Origin: Octopus sinensis
Taxonomy: Eukaryota
NCBI RefSeq assembly: GCF_006345805.1
Contig: NC_043026.1
Coordinates: 3,782,001 to 3,846,000 of the forward strand
Direction: 5' to 3'
Length of the DNA stretch: 64,000 nt
Below, one piece after another: positions 12,491 to 24,984 of the stretch (within the stretch, counting starts at the first letter, position 1; the number at the start of each line of letters is the position of its first letter). Made by a program: the position numbers and the translations under genes. The notes beneath the pieces were generated by a model. The model made no database searches, had not been told where the DNA came from, and saw nothing but the letters and a program-made list of their open reading frames with translations.

Positions 12491-12639
12491 AAATGTGATG
12501 GCAAGTATTTATTGACCTTTTTCTTTCCTTTAAAAATCGGCACCAACTTTCCGGACAACCCAATATTTTAAAAATATGGTTTCATGTGTATCTGTGAAAT
12601 CCTTTAAGTAAATTCTTCTCCCTCTGTCTTCTTTTGCAG

Positions 12640-12774
12640 GCTCTATGCTTCAAATCGACCCACGCCAACGTCCGGACATTAACAGCATCATTGACCGACT
12701 ACAGGAGATTGCTGTGGCACGCGATGTCGACCTGAAGGGTCAATTGAACCTGACCAACGGAGTGAATTCACATC
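12640..12774 (+). CDS. GAK: GAK exon, end of kinase domain (RSMLQIDPRQRPDINSIIDRLQEIAVARDVDLKGQLNLTNGVNSH)
   Basis: cttttgcag|GC, C|gtgagt, 135 nt, phase 1-1; not on the ORF track, read directly. Confidence 0.93.
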
Positions 12775-14497
12775 GTGAGTATTAACCCTTTCGATACCAA
12801 CCCAGCTGAAACCGCCTCTGGATCTCTAGTACAAATGTCTTGTTTTCATAAGTTTTGAATTAAAATCTCCCCCCAAACCTTAGTCACAATCTATGTTCCT
12901 AACACTAGCTGAATGATAACTAAGTTATTTTACTAAATTCTTTGTTATATTTAACCCTTTTCAATACCAATCTGACTGAAACTGCCTCTGGTTCTGTAGT
13001 ACAAATGTCTTGTTTTCTTAAATTTTGATTTAAAATCTTCCACCAAACCTTACTCACATTTTATGTTCCTGACACTAGCTTAATGATAAGTAAGTAATTT
13101 TACTAATTTTTTTGTTATATTTAAAGTAATTGAAAGAAACACAGAGCACCTCAAAATAAATACGGTAACAAAAGGGTTAAGTCTTTAGCATTCAGATTGG
13201 TTTGTCATAGGTAACACTCAAATTGTTTTGAATTAATCCTGCTTTATCTCCTAGCGTTAAGATTTCAATGGTGGGAATATATTTTGAACGACATTGTCAG
13301 ATAGGTGTAAGACGCCAGATCTGACCACTTTGGACATAAAACAGGCAAAATATTTAGGCCAGATATGACAAGTTTAAATACTAAATGGTTAATCATCATC
13401 ATCATCATCGTTTAACGTCCGCTTTCCTTGCTAGCATGGGTTGGACGAATGACTGAGGGCTGGCTGGCGAACGAGATGGCTGCACCAGGCTACAGTCTTG
13501 ATCTGGCAGAGTTTCTACAGCTGGATGCCCTTCCTAACGCCAACCACTCCGAGAGTGTAGTGAGTGCTTTTTACGTGCCACCAGCACGGGGCCAGTCAGG
13601 CGGTACTGGCAACGACCTTACTCGAATCTTTTACACATGCCACCGACACAGGTACCAGTAAGGCGATGCTGGTAACGATCACGCTCGAATGGTGTCTTTT
13701 ACGTGCCACCGGCACAGAGGCCGGATAGCCGCTCTGGCAATGATCATGCTCGGATGGTGCCCTTAACACCCTACTAGCACGGGGCTCGAGTGCCAGTAGG
13801 GCGACGCTGGTAACAATCACTCTCGAATGGTGCCTTTTAAGTGCCACTGGCATGGAAGCCGGTTAGACGCTCTGGCATTGATCACACTCGTATGATGCTC
13901 TTTGCACCCTGCTAGCACAGACGCTGTGGAGGTTCATGGCTTAGTGGTTAGGGTATTGGACTCCTGATCCTAAGATTGTGGTTTCAATTCCTGGACCGGT
14001 TGATACATTGTGTCCTTGAGCAAAACACTTCATTTTACTTATTCAAATTGTTTTGAATTAATCCTGCTTTATCTCCTAGCGTTAAGATTTTGAATGACAT
14101 TGTCGGGTAGGTTTGAGAGGCCAAACCTGACCACTTTGAACGTAAAACATTTAGCATATTTAGGCTGGATATGGTCACTTGAAATTCTAAAGAGTTAAAC
14201 AACTTTCATAGAAAATGCTATGGAGGTGTATGGCTTAGTGGTTAGGGTGTTGGACTTTTGGTCATAAGATTGTGGTTTCAATTCCTGGACCGGGCGATGC
14301 ATTGTGTTCTTCAGCAAAATACTTCATTTCATGTTGTTCCAGTCCAGATTTTCTACGGCTGGCTGCCCATTTTGTCATCAACCCTCATCCGTTTCCAAAC
14401 AAGGTAATATTTAGACACGCATGACCAGACATGTTTTTGTGGAAGATTGGGAATTATGGACACTGCTTGCAAGGAGACAGTAACAAACATACACGCA

Positions 14498-14539
<42 letters not shown>

Positions 14540-15185
14540 TATAATAGGGCTTCTTTCAGTTTCCGTCTACCATATCCACTCACAAGGCTTTGGTCAGTTA
14601 ATGGCTGTAGTAGAGGACATGATCTCAAGGTGCCACGCACGGGAAGCAATTCTCTTACCACACAGCCACACCTGCATCTTTTCCTGTAAGGTAAAAAAAT
14701 ATTTTTCAAAAATGTAGTGGCTGTGTGGTAAGTAGTTTGCTTCCCAACCACATGGTTCCGGGTTCAGTCCCACTGCGTGACACCTTGGGCAAATATCTTC
14801 TACTATAGCCTCGGGCTGACCAAAGCCTTGTGAGTGGATTTGGTAGATGGAAACTGAAAGAAGCCTGTCGTATATATGTATATATATGTGTGTGTGTGCT
14901 TTATGTTTGTGTGTCTGTGTTTGTCCCCCCAACATTGCTTGACAACCGATGGTGGTGTGTTTATGACCCCATAACTTAGCAGTTCAGCAAAAGAGACTGA
15001 TAGAATAAGTACTGGGCTTACAAAGAATAAGTCCTGGGGTCAATTTGCTCGACTGAAGTCGGTGCTCCGGCATGGCCACAGTCAAATGACTGAAACAAGT
15101 AAAATAGTATAAAGAATATCTATTTAATTATTTAATTCTCTTATTTATTAAATTATTTTATCCGTTTTTATGGTTTTTTTTTTAG

Positions 15186-15447
15186 CAGCCACTGCTCCAG
15201 CTGACCAACACCTGAACCTTAACACACCTCCACCACGACCACCACCACCGTCACCTTCACCGGCATCAGCGCGGCCCCCATCACCACAACCACCATCGTC
15301 CCAGTACACACATCCATCAGAGATGAACCAGTCCTCGTACCCAGCCTCTGGAGCCAGTCAGCTGTTCAGCTCCCTAAAAGGGGCTGGCGGCAGCCTGTTC
15401 AAGAACATAAAAGATGCATCGTCGAAGGTGATGGAAACTGTATCCGC
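15186..15447 (+). CDS. GAK: GAK exon, Pro-rich linker ending GAGGSLFKNIKDASSKVMETVSA
   Basis: tttag|cag (NAGNAG) acceptor, GC|gtaagt donor, 262 nt, phase 1-2; the end resembles GAK/auxilin LFxNLKDTSSKV. Confidence 0.92.
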
Positions 15448-18031
15448 GTAAGTCCTTCTGTCTGTTGTCCTTGTGATTTAGGGTGCATCTCCATTTTGGG
15501 GTATGAACTGGTGAAGTGATGGGAAGGTGGGTGGGGTATGTTTTCTTTTTTTTTAATTCATGTTAGAAGGCCCGTATTTAATTTTGTAGGGGCCACATCT
15601 TGGCTGGGATTAGACAGTGATCTTCTGGACCAATAGGTTTCAGAGACCCCTATGATTTTGTTACTTCAAAACAAGAGAAATAAAATGGGTCCCCATTAAA
15701 TCTTGGAGCACCAAACAGTTTCAAGAAACCACAAAATCTAAAAGGGCCTTCATAAATTCAGATGGACTTAGTTAAATTAAAGGGTTTTTTAAATCTAAAA
15801 GGACCCAATAAATCAAAAGGGGACTCAGTAATTTTTTAAGAATTGTATTGGAAATGCATAGCTTAGTGGTTAGAGTGTCGGACTCATGATTGAAAGTTTG
15901 TGGTTTCAATTCCTTGACCGGGCGATGTGTTGTGTTCTTGAGCAAGACACTTCATTTCACATTGCTCCAGTCCACTCAGCTGGCAGAAATGGTTAATCCT
16001 GTGACAGATTGGCGTCCCATTGAGGGAAAAATATATCCACCATGGAAACTTGGAAACTAGCCCTATGAGCCCCTATGATCCTGGGAAGATCTCATTGGAT
16101 TGAAAAAAAAATTTGAATTCATTAAAAAAATTATAAATTATTTGATTGTTGTGGATGTATTTTTTAAACTTTTAACTCCAAGCTTTAGGCTTCTCTGAGT
16201 TAAAGGGGTTCACAATATTCCATCCAAATGAGTAATGCTTCTATTTCAAAGGGTCCCTGTCTGGTTAATTCACTGTAGAGAAAGTTCACCGTCATCAATT
16301 CTTGTTTTTTTTTTTAGCAATATAGGCATAGGAGTGGCTGTATGGTAAGTAGCTTGCTTATCAACCACATAGTTCCAGGTTCAGTCCGGCTGCGTGGCAC
16401 CTTGGGCAAGTGTCTTCTGCTATAGCCTCAAACCGACCAAAGCCTTGTGAATGGATTTAGTAGACGGAAACTGAAAGAAGCCCGTCATATATATGTATAT
16501 ATATATAGTTTAAGGTCAGGGTTTATGGTTTGGGCTTAGGGCTAGATTTTAGGGTTAGGGCTTAAGGCTAGGCTTTAGAGCTTGGATTTAGGGTTAGAGT
16601 TAGGGTTAGACTGCACATTTTAAGTGCAAATGAACAGCTCACTAAGTGTAAACGGCCATGTAGACCACATGTTAAAGTATAATGGTTAGATAGACCACAT
16701 ACCAAAGTGGCACCTGTGTACCCTTAATGCATTCCTCAAGAAGAATCAGGATGTTACATGGTACAACAAGGTTGCACCTTTGAATTACATTTACAGTCCG
16801 TCTGACAGGTGTCAACACAGTTTTTGTTTACTCACCTCTATTTGCAGGGCATGGGTTAACTTGAAGCTATGGTAAAGATACTTGCTCAAGATGCCACATA
16901 GTAGTGACATTGAACTTGGGACCTGTGATGGCGAAACAGGCTTCTTTACCATTCAGCCATGCCAACATCACTCACATACGCACACACACATATATATATA
17001 TTTAGAAACACTGCCAGATCAGACTGGGACCGGTGCAGCCTTCTGGCTTCCCAGACCCCAGTTGAACCGTCCAACCCATGCTAGCATGGAAAGCGGACGT
17101 TAAACGATGATGATGATAATGATATATATATATGTATTATATATACATTACATACAGACTACCAAACATACATATACACATACATCATCGTTTAACGTCC
17201 GTTCTCCATGCTAGCACGGGTTGGACGGTTCGACTGGGGATCTGGGAAGCCAGAAGGCTGCACCAGGCTCCGGTCTTATCTGGTAGTGCTTCTACAGCTG
17301 GATGCCTTTCCTAACGCCAACCACTCTGTGAGTGTAGTGGGTGCTTTTTACGTGCCACCTGCACAGGTGCCAGGCAAGGCTGGCAACGGCCACAGTTGGA
17401 TTGGTGCATTTTACGTGCCACTGGCACGGAAGCCAGTCGAGGCGGCGCTGGCATCGGCCACGATTCGGATAGTGCTTTTTACGTACCACCAGTCCAGGGG
17501 TCCTGGCATCTGCCGGGTGCCAGTCATAGGAATGGTTCAATTTCGATTCCGATTTCGATTTCAATTCATTATATATATACATACACACACATACATATAC
17601 TCACATATACACATACACACACACATAGGAGCATTCTGTCGGTTACGACGACGAGAGTCCCAGCTGATACGATCAACAGAACAGCTTGCTCGTGAAATTA
17701 ACGTGCAAGTGGCTGAGTACTCCACAGACACATGTACCTTTAACGTAGTTCTCAGGGAGTTTCAGCGTGACACAAAGTGTGACAAGGCTGGCCCTGATGA
17801 ATTACAGGTACTACTCATTTTTGCCAGTTGAGTGGACTGGAGCAAAGTGAAATAAAGTGTCTCGCTCAAGGACTCAATGCATGGCCAGGAATTGAACTCA
17901 CGCTCACATACATGCATATACACACATATATACACATGGCCAAAATGTCGGATCATGTTATCTAGGTTTGATCATTGTTTCACTGACCTTTGACCTTTCA
18001 TCCTTTCAATGTTTTGTCTCTCTTTGAACAG

Positions 18032-18058
18032 AAAAGTGGTTGAAGTTGTTAATGAGAG
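18032..18058 (+). CDS. GAK: Candidate 27-nt cassette microexon of GAK (adds KVVEVVNER)
   Basis: Polypyrimidine tract + gaacag| acceptor, AG|gtaggt donor, phase 2-2 matching the flanking exons, no stop codon, lies in a non-repetitive island. Confidence 0.5.
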
Positions 18059-18226
18059 GTAGGTTGTCCGACCACAGGTTCAATTCTCACTGACATATTT
18101 CACTAACACTGGATTTGAGACTCTTTCTAGAATTTTTTTTTTTTTTTAACATTCAATTAACATTTTCTATTATAAAACTGTATACATTGCTCAAATAATG
18201 TGTGTGTGTGTGTCACTATTCTAATA

Positions 18227-18276
<50 letters not shown>

Positions 18277-18589
18277 ATAGTATGTATGTAATGTATATAT
18301 GTAAATCTCTATGTATACATGTATGTTATATACATGTGTGTGTGTATGTTGGTCACTATTCTATCTTTGTGTGTTTCTCTGTGTGTATGTAGTGTTGAGT
18401 ATAGCTTTAAACTACATCCAGTATTGGGGGGGCCCCAGTTTGGGAAATCTAGGGTTTTGAGGTGTGAGGACCATCTCTTAGCCAGTATTGGTCCAGGACT
18501 ATTTTGACCCAGAGTTAAGTTAATTTTTTGGCTCAAAAAGCAAAAAGCAAGGCCATGGGGTGGGGACATGGAGTTATGTACAGGGAGGG

Positions 18590-19025
18590 TGTTCATGCAA
18601 AGAGTTCAGGCCATTTCTGGTCAAGGGAGACTTTGAACCGAGCGGCCGTCGGCATCTTCACTATCTCGTCCGGCAGCTTATTCCACGGATCCGCAACCCG
18701 GACGGAGAAAGCCCCTCTCCTTCGATTGAGATGAAATCGTCGCAGATAGAGCTTTTCGGAGTGACCCCACAGCCGACAGCAGCACCTGTTAGGGTACCAC
18801 CTGTAGGTTAATTAGCATATTAGGGCTTACCTGTCTATGCATAGGGAAACTGGATCCAGCAGACTCTGCAGTATAAATCTTCATGGTTCAGTGACCGGAA
18901 AGGAAGTCAGCTTTAGCAATGCGTTGTGGAGTGCAGGGAGGAAGATGAGGCGAGTAAGACATCTTGGTCATCTGCTGCATCCATCTACATCTCCGGTTGT
19001 CTTGACCTGGTCTTGGCGGTGAAGT
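18590..19025 (-). mobile_element. CR1-like LINE 3' fragment
   Basis: Minus strand reads GHSEKLYLRRFHLNRRRGAFSVRVADPWNKLPDEIVKMPTAARFKVSLDQKWPELFA*. Confidence 0.8.
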
Positions 19026-20059
19026 AGAGGGTGATGGATGAGAGAGTGGTGAGATTGAAAGTCTGCAAAACTGTTCTTCAATTTAACCAAAGTCACTGAG
19101 CAATTCATCTGTTGTCGGGTAGGTGTGAGAGGCCAGATTTGTCCAGTTTGGACATGGAAAACGGGGCTAAAACATTTTCAGCCGGATATGACCGGTTCAA
19201 ATGCTAAATTGTTAAAGATGACTTGATGATCTTTGGCCACTCCGATGAATGAACATGGTTGTTGACTGCATTTACGTCCCCGTCACTTAGCGGTTCGGCA
19301 AAAGAGACCCATAGAATAAGTACTGGGCTTACAAAGAATAAGTCCCGCGGTCGATTTGCTCGACTAAAGGCGGTGCTCCAGCATGGCCACAGTCAAATGA
19401 CTGAAACAAGTAAAAGAGAGTATATATATATTGGCGTTAGGAAGGGCATCCAGCCGTAGAAACTCTGCCAGATCAGACTGGAGCCTGGAGCAGCCCCTGG
19501 CTTCCCAGACCCCGGTCGAACCGTCCAACTCATGCTAGCACAGAAAACGGACGTTAAACGATGATGATGATGATATATATTTGTGTGAATGTAAAAAGAT
19601 TCGAGCGAGGTCGTTGCCAGTACCGCCTGACTGGCCCCTGTGCCGGTGGCCCGTAAAAGGGCATCATTTGAGAATGATCGTTACCAACGTCGCTTTACTG
19701 GCACCTGTGCTGGTGGCATGTGTAAAAAGATTCGAGTGAGGTCATTGCCAGTACCGCCTGACTGGCCCCCATGCCGGTGGCAGGTAAAAAGTACCCACTA
19801 CACTCTCGGAGTGGTTGGCGTTGGGAAGGGCATCAAGCTGTAGAAACTCTGCCAAATCAAGATTGGAGCCTGGTGCAGCCATCTGGTTCGTTAGCCCTCA
19901 GTCAAAATCGTCCAACCCATGCTAGCATGGAAAGCGGACGTTAAACGATGGTGATGATGTGTGTGTGTTTATCATTCACAACACTGATATCTGTATGTGT
20001 GTGTTGTTGACTGTACTAATATGTATGTGTATGTGTGTGTTCTTTTTTTAACTTAGTAG

Positions 20060-20670
20060 ATATGCTCCAGCTTCACTCACAGATATTCTGCAGCCCTTGG
20101 TCCACAATTGTGTTGGGTCCTTTCTCTCTCTCTCTCTCTGCCTTTTCTACAGATGCTATAATGGCCTCTGCTCCTCAAAGGTGGCTGGGCTCATATCACC
20201 TCTACTTGGACATTTCCATCCCACTCGTCCCTCCTCCTCTTCCAAGCCCCTGAACTAATTATTGCTCCCAGTCTTTTCTTTCCGTTATGCTACCCCCACC
20301 CCTCTGGAATACCCTCCCTACCAGTGACTTTCCCTGAAGGTGTCGACTTACGAAGGTTCAAGAAGAACCTTAATGACATGAATCTCACTGATCTTGGAGG
20401 AACTATGAAGACTGTGGGTCCTGCCTCTTACTCAAGACCCAGCCTCTTAATCAGAAATATTTTATAGATATACAGCTCTTCAATATCCTCCTGAAGAACC
20501 TGAGAGACCTGCATGGGGTGGATGCAGATGTCTTTAAAATAAAACTGGATCTCTTCCTGTCAGGCGTCCCAGATGAACCAACTTCACAGCAGGAGGTGCA
20601 GACGAGGGCAGCTGCATCGAACTCTCTCATGCACCAAATGGCAGTTGCTAAAAAGCATTTGTGAAGTAAA
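20060..20670 (+). mobile_element. Two adjacent degenerate LINE C-terminal fragments (jockey/CR1-like)
   Basis: ...SLCLFYRCYNGLCSS...PLWNTLPTSDFPEGVDLRRFKKNLND and QLFNILLKNLRDLHGVDADVFKIKLDLFLSGVPDEP...RAAASNSL. Confidence 0.6.
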
Positions 20671-20771
20671 ATCATGTTGCAGCACCAAATGGTGGTGCCC
20701 CAGCATGGCCACAGCTCGTGAGCTGAAACTAGATAAAATAAGATAAAATAAAATAGAATTAAAAATACATA

Positions 20772-20900
<129 letters not shown>

Positions 20901-21153
20901 CAAGCAATAGAACGGGATTTGAGAGAGATTTGGCTGCTATTTCTAGAGGGTTTAATGGAGCTATTTCAAGTAACTTAACCCCATCCCAAATCGATTGAAA
21001 CATCCCATGGAACTCACCCACCCTCTCTTTTGTGCCTAATCGAACGTTTGGTTTGTTCCATTTCGTAGGAGTACAGTCCTTCCGCCTGGCACCACATGGA
21101 GGTAGGAATATCGCCAGAATGTTCATTTTGTTATTGTTGTGAGCACCTTAGTA

Positions 21154-21197
<44 letters not shown>

Positions 21198-21261
21198 TAT
21201 ATAAGACCGAAGGTAACGGACGCCGCTATATATATATATTATATATATATATATGTGTGTG

Positions 21262-21600
21262 TAAAAATACAAACTGGGACAAGAACGCAAAACATTTAGA
21301 AGACGATACAAAAAACACGGATGGGACATTCGAAGCCTTCACTCTTCAGTCAAGAACCCCGGATCATCTTCGCAATTTCGGCTGTTTAATCTTGACCTTT
21401 TGATTGCTCCGATCTGGCCAGCCCCAAAAGGAAAATCTAAGCCAAGCGCATTAGACTCCTTGGAAGAAAAACCTCGACTGCCGAAATTGCGAGGATGATC
21501 CGGTTCTTGACTGAAGATTGAAGGCTTCGAATGTCCCGTCCGTGTTTTTTGTGTCGTCTTCTAAATGTTTTGCGTTCTTGTCCCAGTTTGTATTTTTTTA
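21262..21600. repeat. Inverted-repeat element, ~120-bp arms with ~97-bp spacer, (TA)n-flanked
   Basis: Arms 21262-21382 and 21480-21600; mirror ORFs MSHPCFLYRLLNVLRSCPSLYF (-) and MSRPCFLCRLLNVLRSCPSLYF (+). Confidence 0.9.
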
Positions 21601-21934
21601 CATTTATATATACATTTATATATATATATTATATATATATATTATATATATATATATATTATATATATATATATATATATAATATATATATATATATTAT
21701 ATATATATATATACAGAGAAAGAGAGACTAAATTAGTAATGGTCTCTGGTGACACTGTTTGGTGTAGTGTAGTCTTTATAGAGTAGCGTAGCATAGCACC
21801 TGCAGTAGTTCTATTATTTGCATGCTTTAAATGGAGGATGGAGATGTTGTGGTCTTCATCCCTGAAGGCCTCAGCATATTCCATCCTCAGCGTTTGTTCA
21901 TGAAATTCCTATGCCCATCTAGTTCGGCATTCTT

Positions 21935-23276
21935 CTTATTTCTTTATTGTCCTACAAGGGGCTAAACATAGAGGGGACAAACAAGGACAGTCAACGGGAT
22001 TAAGTCGATTCCTCGGCGGAATTTGAACTTAGAACGTAATGTCAGACGAAATACCTATTTCTTTATTACCCACAAGGGACTAAACATAGAGGGGGCAAAC
22101 AAGGACAGAAAACGGGATTAAGTCAATTACATCGGACCCCAGTGCGTAACTGGTACTTAATTTATCGACCCCGAAAGGATGAAAGGCAAAGTCGACCTCG
22201 GCGGAATTTGAACTCAGAACATAAAGAAAGACAAAATACCTATTTCTTTACTACCCACAAGGGGCTAAACATAGAGGGGACAAACAAGGACAGACAACGG
22301 GATTAAGTCGATTACATCGACCCCAGTGCGTAACTGGTACTTAATTTAAAGACCCCGAAAGGATGAAAGGCAAAGTCGACCTCGGCGGAATTTGAACTCA
22401 GAACATAAAGAAAGACAAAATACCTATTTCTTTACTACCCACAAAGGGCTAAACATAGAGGGGACAAACAAGGACAGACAACGGGATTAAGTCGATTACA
22501 TCGACCCCAGTGCGTAACTGGTACTTAATTTAAAGACCCCGAAAGGATGAAAGGCAAAGTCGACCTCGGTGGAATTTGAACTCAGAACATAACGGCAGAT
22601 GAAATACCGCTAAGCATTTCGCCCGGCGTGCTAACGTCTCTTATTTCTTTATTGCCCACAAGGGGCTAAACATAGAGGGGACAAACAAGGACAGACATAG
22701 GTATTAAGTCGATTACATCGACCCTCAGTGCGTAACTGGTAGTTAATTTATCGACCCCGAAAGGATGAAAGGCATAGTCGACCTCGGTGGAATTTGAACT
22801 CAGAACGTAACGGCAGACGAAATACCACTATGCATTTCACCCGGCGTGCTAACGTCTCTTATTTCTTTATTACCCACAAGGGACTAAACATAGAGGGGAC
22901 AAACAAGGACAAACATAGGTATTAAGTCGATTACATCGACCCCCAGTGCGTAACTGGTACTTAATTTATCGATCCCGAAAGGATGAAAGGCAAAGTCGAC
23001 CTCGGTGGAATTTGAACTCAGAACGTAACAGCAGACGAAATACCTATTTCTTTATTACCCACAAGGGGCTAAACATAGAGGGGACAAACAAGGACAGACA
23101 TAGGTATTAAGTCGATTACATCGACCCCCAGTGCGCAACTGGTACTTAATTTATCGACCCCGAAAGGATGAAAGGCAAAGTCGACCTCGGTGGAATTTGA
23201 ACTCGGAATGTAACGGCAGACAAAATACCGCTAAGCATTTCGCCCGGCGTGTTAACGATTCTGCCAACTCGCTGCC
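21935..23276. repeat. Tandem array (~7 x 120-220 bp) of a dispersed SINE-like repeat (GACCCCGAAAGGATGAAAGGCAAAGTCGACCTCGG family)
   Basis: AAACATAGAGGGGACAAACAAGG occurs 7 times; same family arrays at 39055-39800 (-), 40689-41480 (+) and 58190-59620 (-). Confidence 0.9.
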
Positions 23277-23942
23277 TTTATTCATTATTCTTCTTAGGGC
23301 AGATAATCTCCTATTACAATCACATGCTTCGTCTCCTGTGTAAACACATCTGACAGAAGAGGATGCATGTTGTGGTCTTTATCCATGACGGCTGCAACAT
23401 ATTCCCGTCTCGTTTGTTCATGAAGCTCCCCTTCGTCCCATGTTCACACACATCTATTCACTGCATATCATGCCAAGAGCACTGATGTGTATATTGCCAC
23501 ATGTCCCTAGCAGAAGGGGACCAGTCTAGCATCGGTGCTGGACCTGCCAGATCACATGACACTGTGTGGAGTGGTTGGTGTTAGGAAGGGCATCTGGCCA
23601 TAAAATCCCTGCCAAAACAGACACAGTAGCCTAAGGTAGTTTTTCTACCTGGCCAGCTCCTGTCACTTGTCGTACCCATGCATGCATAGAAAATGGAGAT
23701 GAAACGATGATGATATATATGTATATATATATATATATATATATAAGTAGTTGAATGAATTATCCTAGTATGGATAATTCGGTTAACCGATACCCGGGTA
23801 GCAAATTCACGTCAGAAAACACGGTTGAAGCTACATGCCAAGGGCAGAGATCACGTACTTTCGTGTGGAAATTTGTGTGTTTTTTTTACTATAAATAAAT
23901 GAAAGAATGGAGTTTAACGACGATTTAACAAAATTCCTTTAT

Positions 23943-24023
23943 TCTCGACATATGTTTCGAAGACTGCATATTCTTAATTCCGAAGGAATAAAGGGTGCAT
24001 TATGCCGCCTTCTCATCAGGAAA
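23943..24023 (-). ncRNA. Minimal type-I hammerhead ribozyme (intact core)
   Basis: Minus strand TTTC-CTGATGA-GAAGGC...GTCTTC-GAAA-CATATG-TC-GAGA: stem I TTTC/GAGA, stem II GAAGGC/GTCTTC extended by GCATA/TATGC, palindromic stem III ACATATGT, GUC triplet. Confidence 0.75.
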
Positions 24024-24082
24024 GACAAGGAATTTATGTCAGCATCATGATGAACAAAAACTTTTAGATGACTGCCCACACG

Positions 24083-24262
24083 GATGCTGACATAAGTTTC
24101 TGATATCATGATGCTGACATAAGTTCCTGACATCATGATGCTGACATAAGTTCCTGACATCATGATGCTGACATAAGTTCCTGACATCATGATGCTGACA
24201 TAAGTTCCTGACATCATGATGCTGACATAAGTTCCTGACATCATGATGCTGACATAAGTTCC
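24083..24262. repeat. 27-bp minisatellite (CATCATGATGCTGACATAAGTTCCTGA) x~6.5
   Basis: Gives the 9-aa periodicity GTYVSIMMS on the ORF track. Confidence 0.92.
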
Positions 24263-24267
24263 TTGTC

Positions 24268-24348
24268 TTTCCTGATGAGAAGGCGGCATAATGCACCCCT
24301 TATTCCTTCCAAATTAAGAATATGCAGTCTTCGAAACATATGTCGAGA
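24268..24348 (+). ncRNA. Minimal type-I hammerhead ribozyme (intact core, sense to GAK)
   Basis: CTGATGA at 24272-24278, GAAA at 24333-24336, GTC at 24342-24344; stems as in the mirror copy. Confidence 0.75.
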
Positions 24349-24390
24349 ATAAAGGAATTTTGTTAAATCGTCGTTCGACTCCATTCTTTC

Positions 24391-24435
<45 letters not shown>

Positions 24436-24597
24436 CATACACACGTGTTAGGAAGGGCTTCCAGCTGTGAAATTCTTGCCAAAACAGACACAGTATCCTT
24501 GGGTAGTTTTTCTACCTGGCTGGCTCCTGTCAACCATCCTACCCATGCATGCATGGAAGACAGGCATACATATATACATACACTTTATATATATATA

Positions 24598-24661
<64 letters not shown>

Positions 24662-24984
24662 CACACACACACACACTTATACATATATATATTATACATG
24701 CATACAAACATATATGTATATTTGTAAGTTTATATTATATATATACACACTCACATGCATACACTTATACATATATATATATATTATAGATGCGTACAAA
24801 CATACGTACATATATGTATGTTTGTAAGTTTATATATATATATATATATATACACGCACGCACACGTGTGTGTGCGTATATATATGTATATATAAAATAT
24901 TATTTGAGACAAAACCACTATTTTGCAAAACAAACAAGGAAAGACTTAATCATACATAAATTTAATAAATAGTCAAAAAAACCG

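Larger units (their letters stand above)
9565..12563 (+). mobile_element. Internally deleted mariner (Tc1/mariner) with tandemly amplified left end
   Basis: 30-bp TIRs at 9565-9594 and 12534-12563 (2 mismatches), TA on both sides, transposase remnant inside. Confidence 0.92.

Noticed and set aside
16508-16610. True interstitial telomere
   Set aside because: The hexamers are highly degenerate, short, and attached to a dispersed repeat body.
21505-21540. CTGAAGA...GAAT-GTC hammerhead-like core in the foldback arms
   Set aside because: GAAA is incomplete, stem II is irregular and stem I does not pair.
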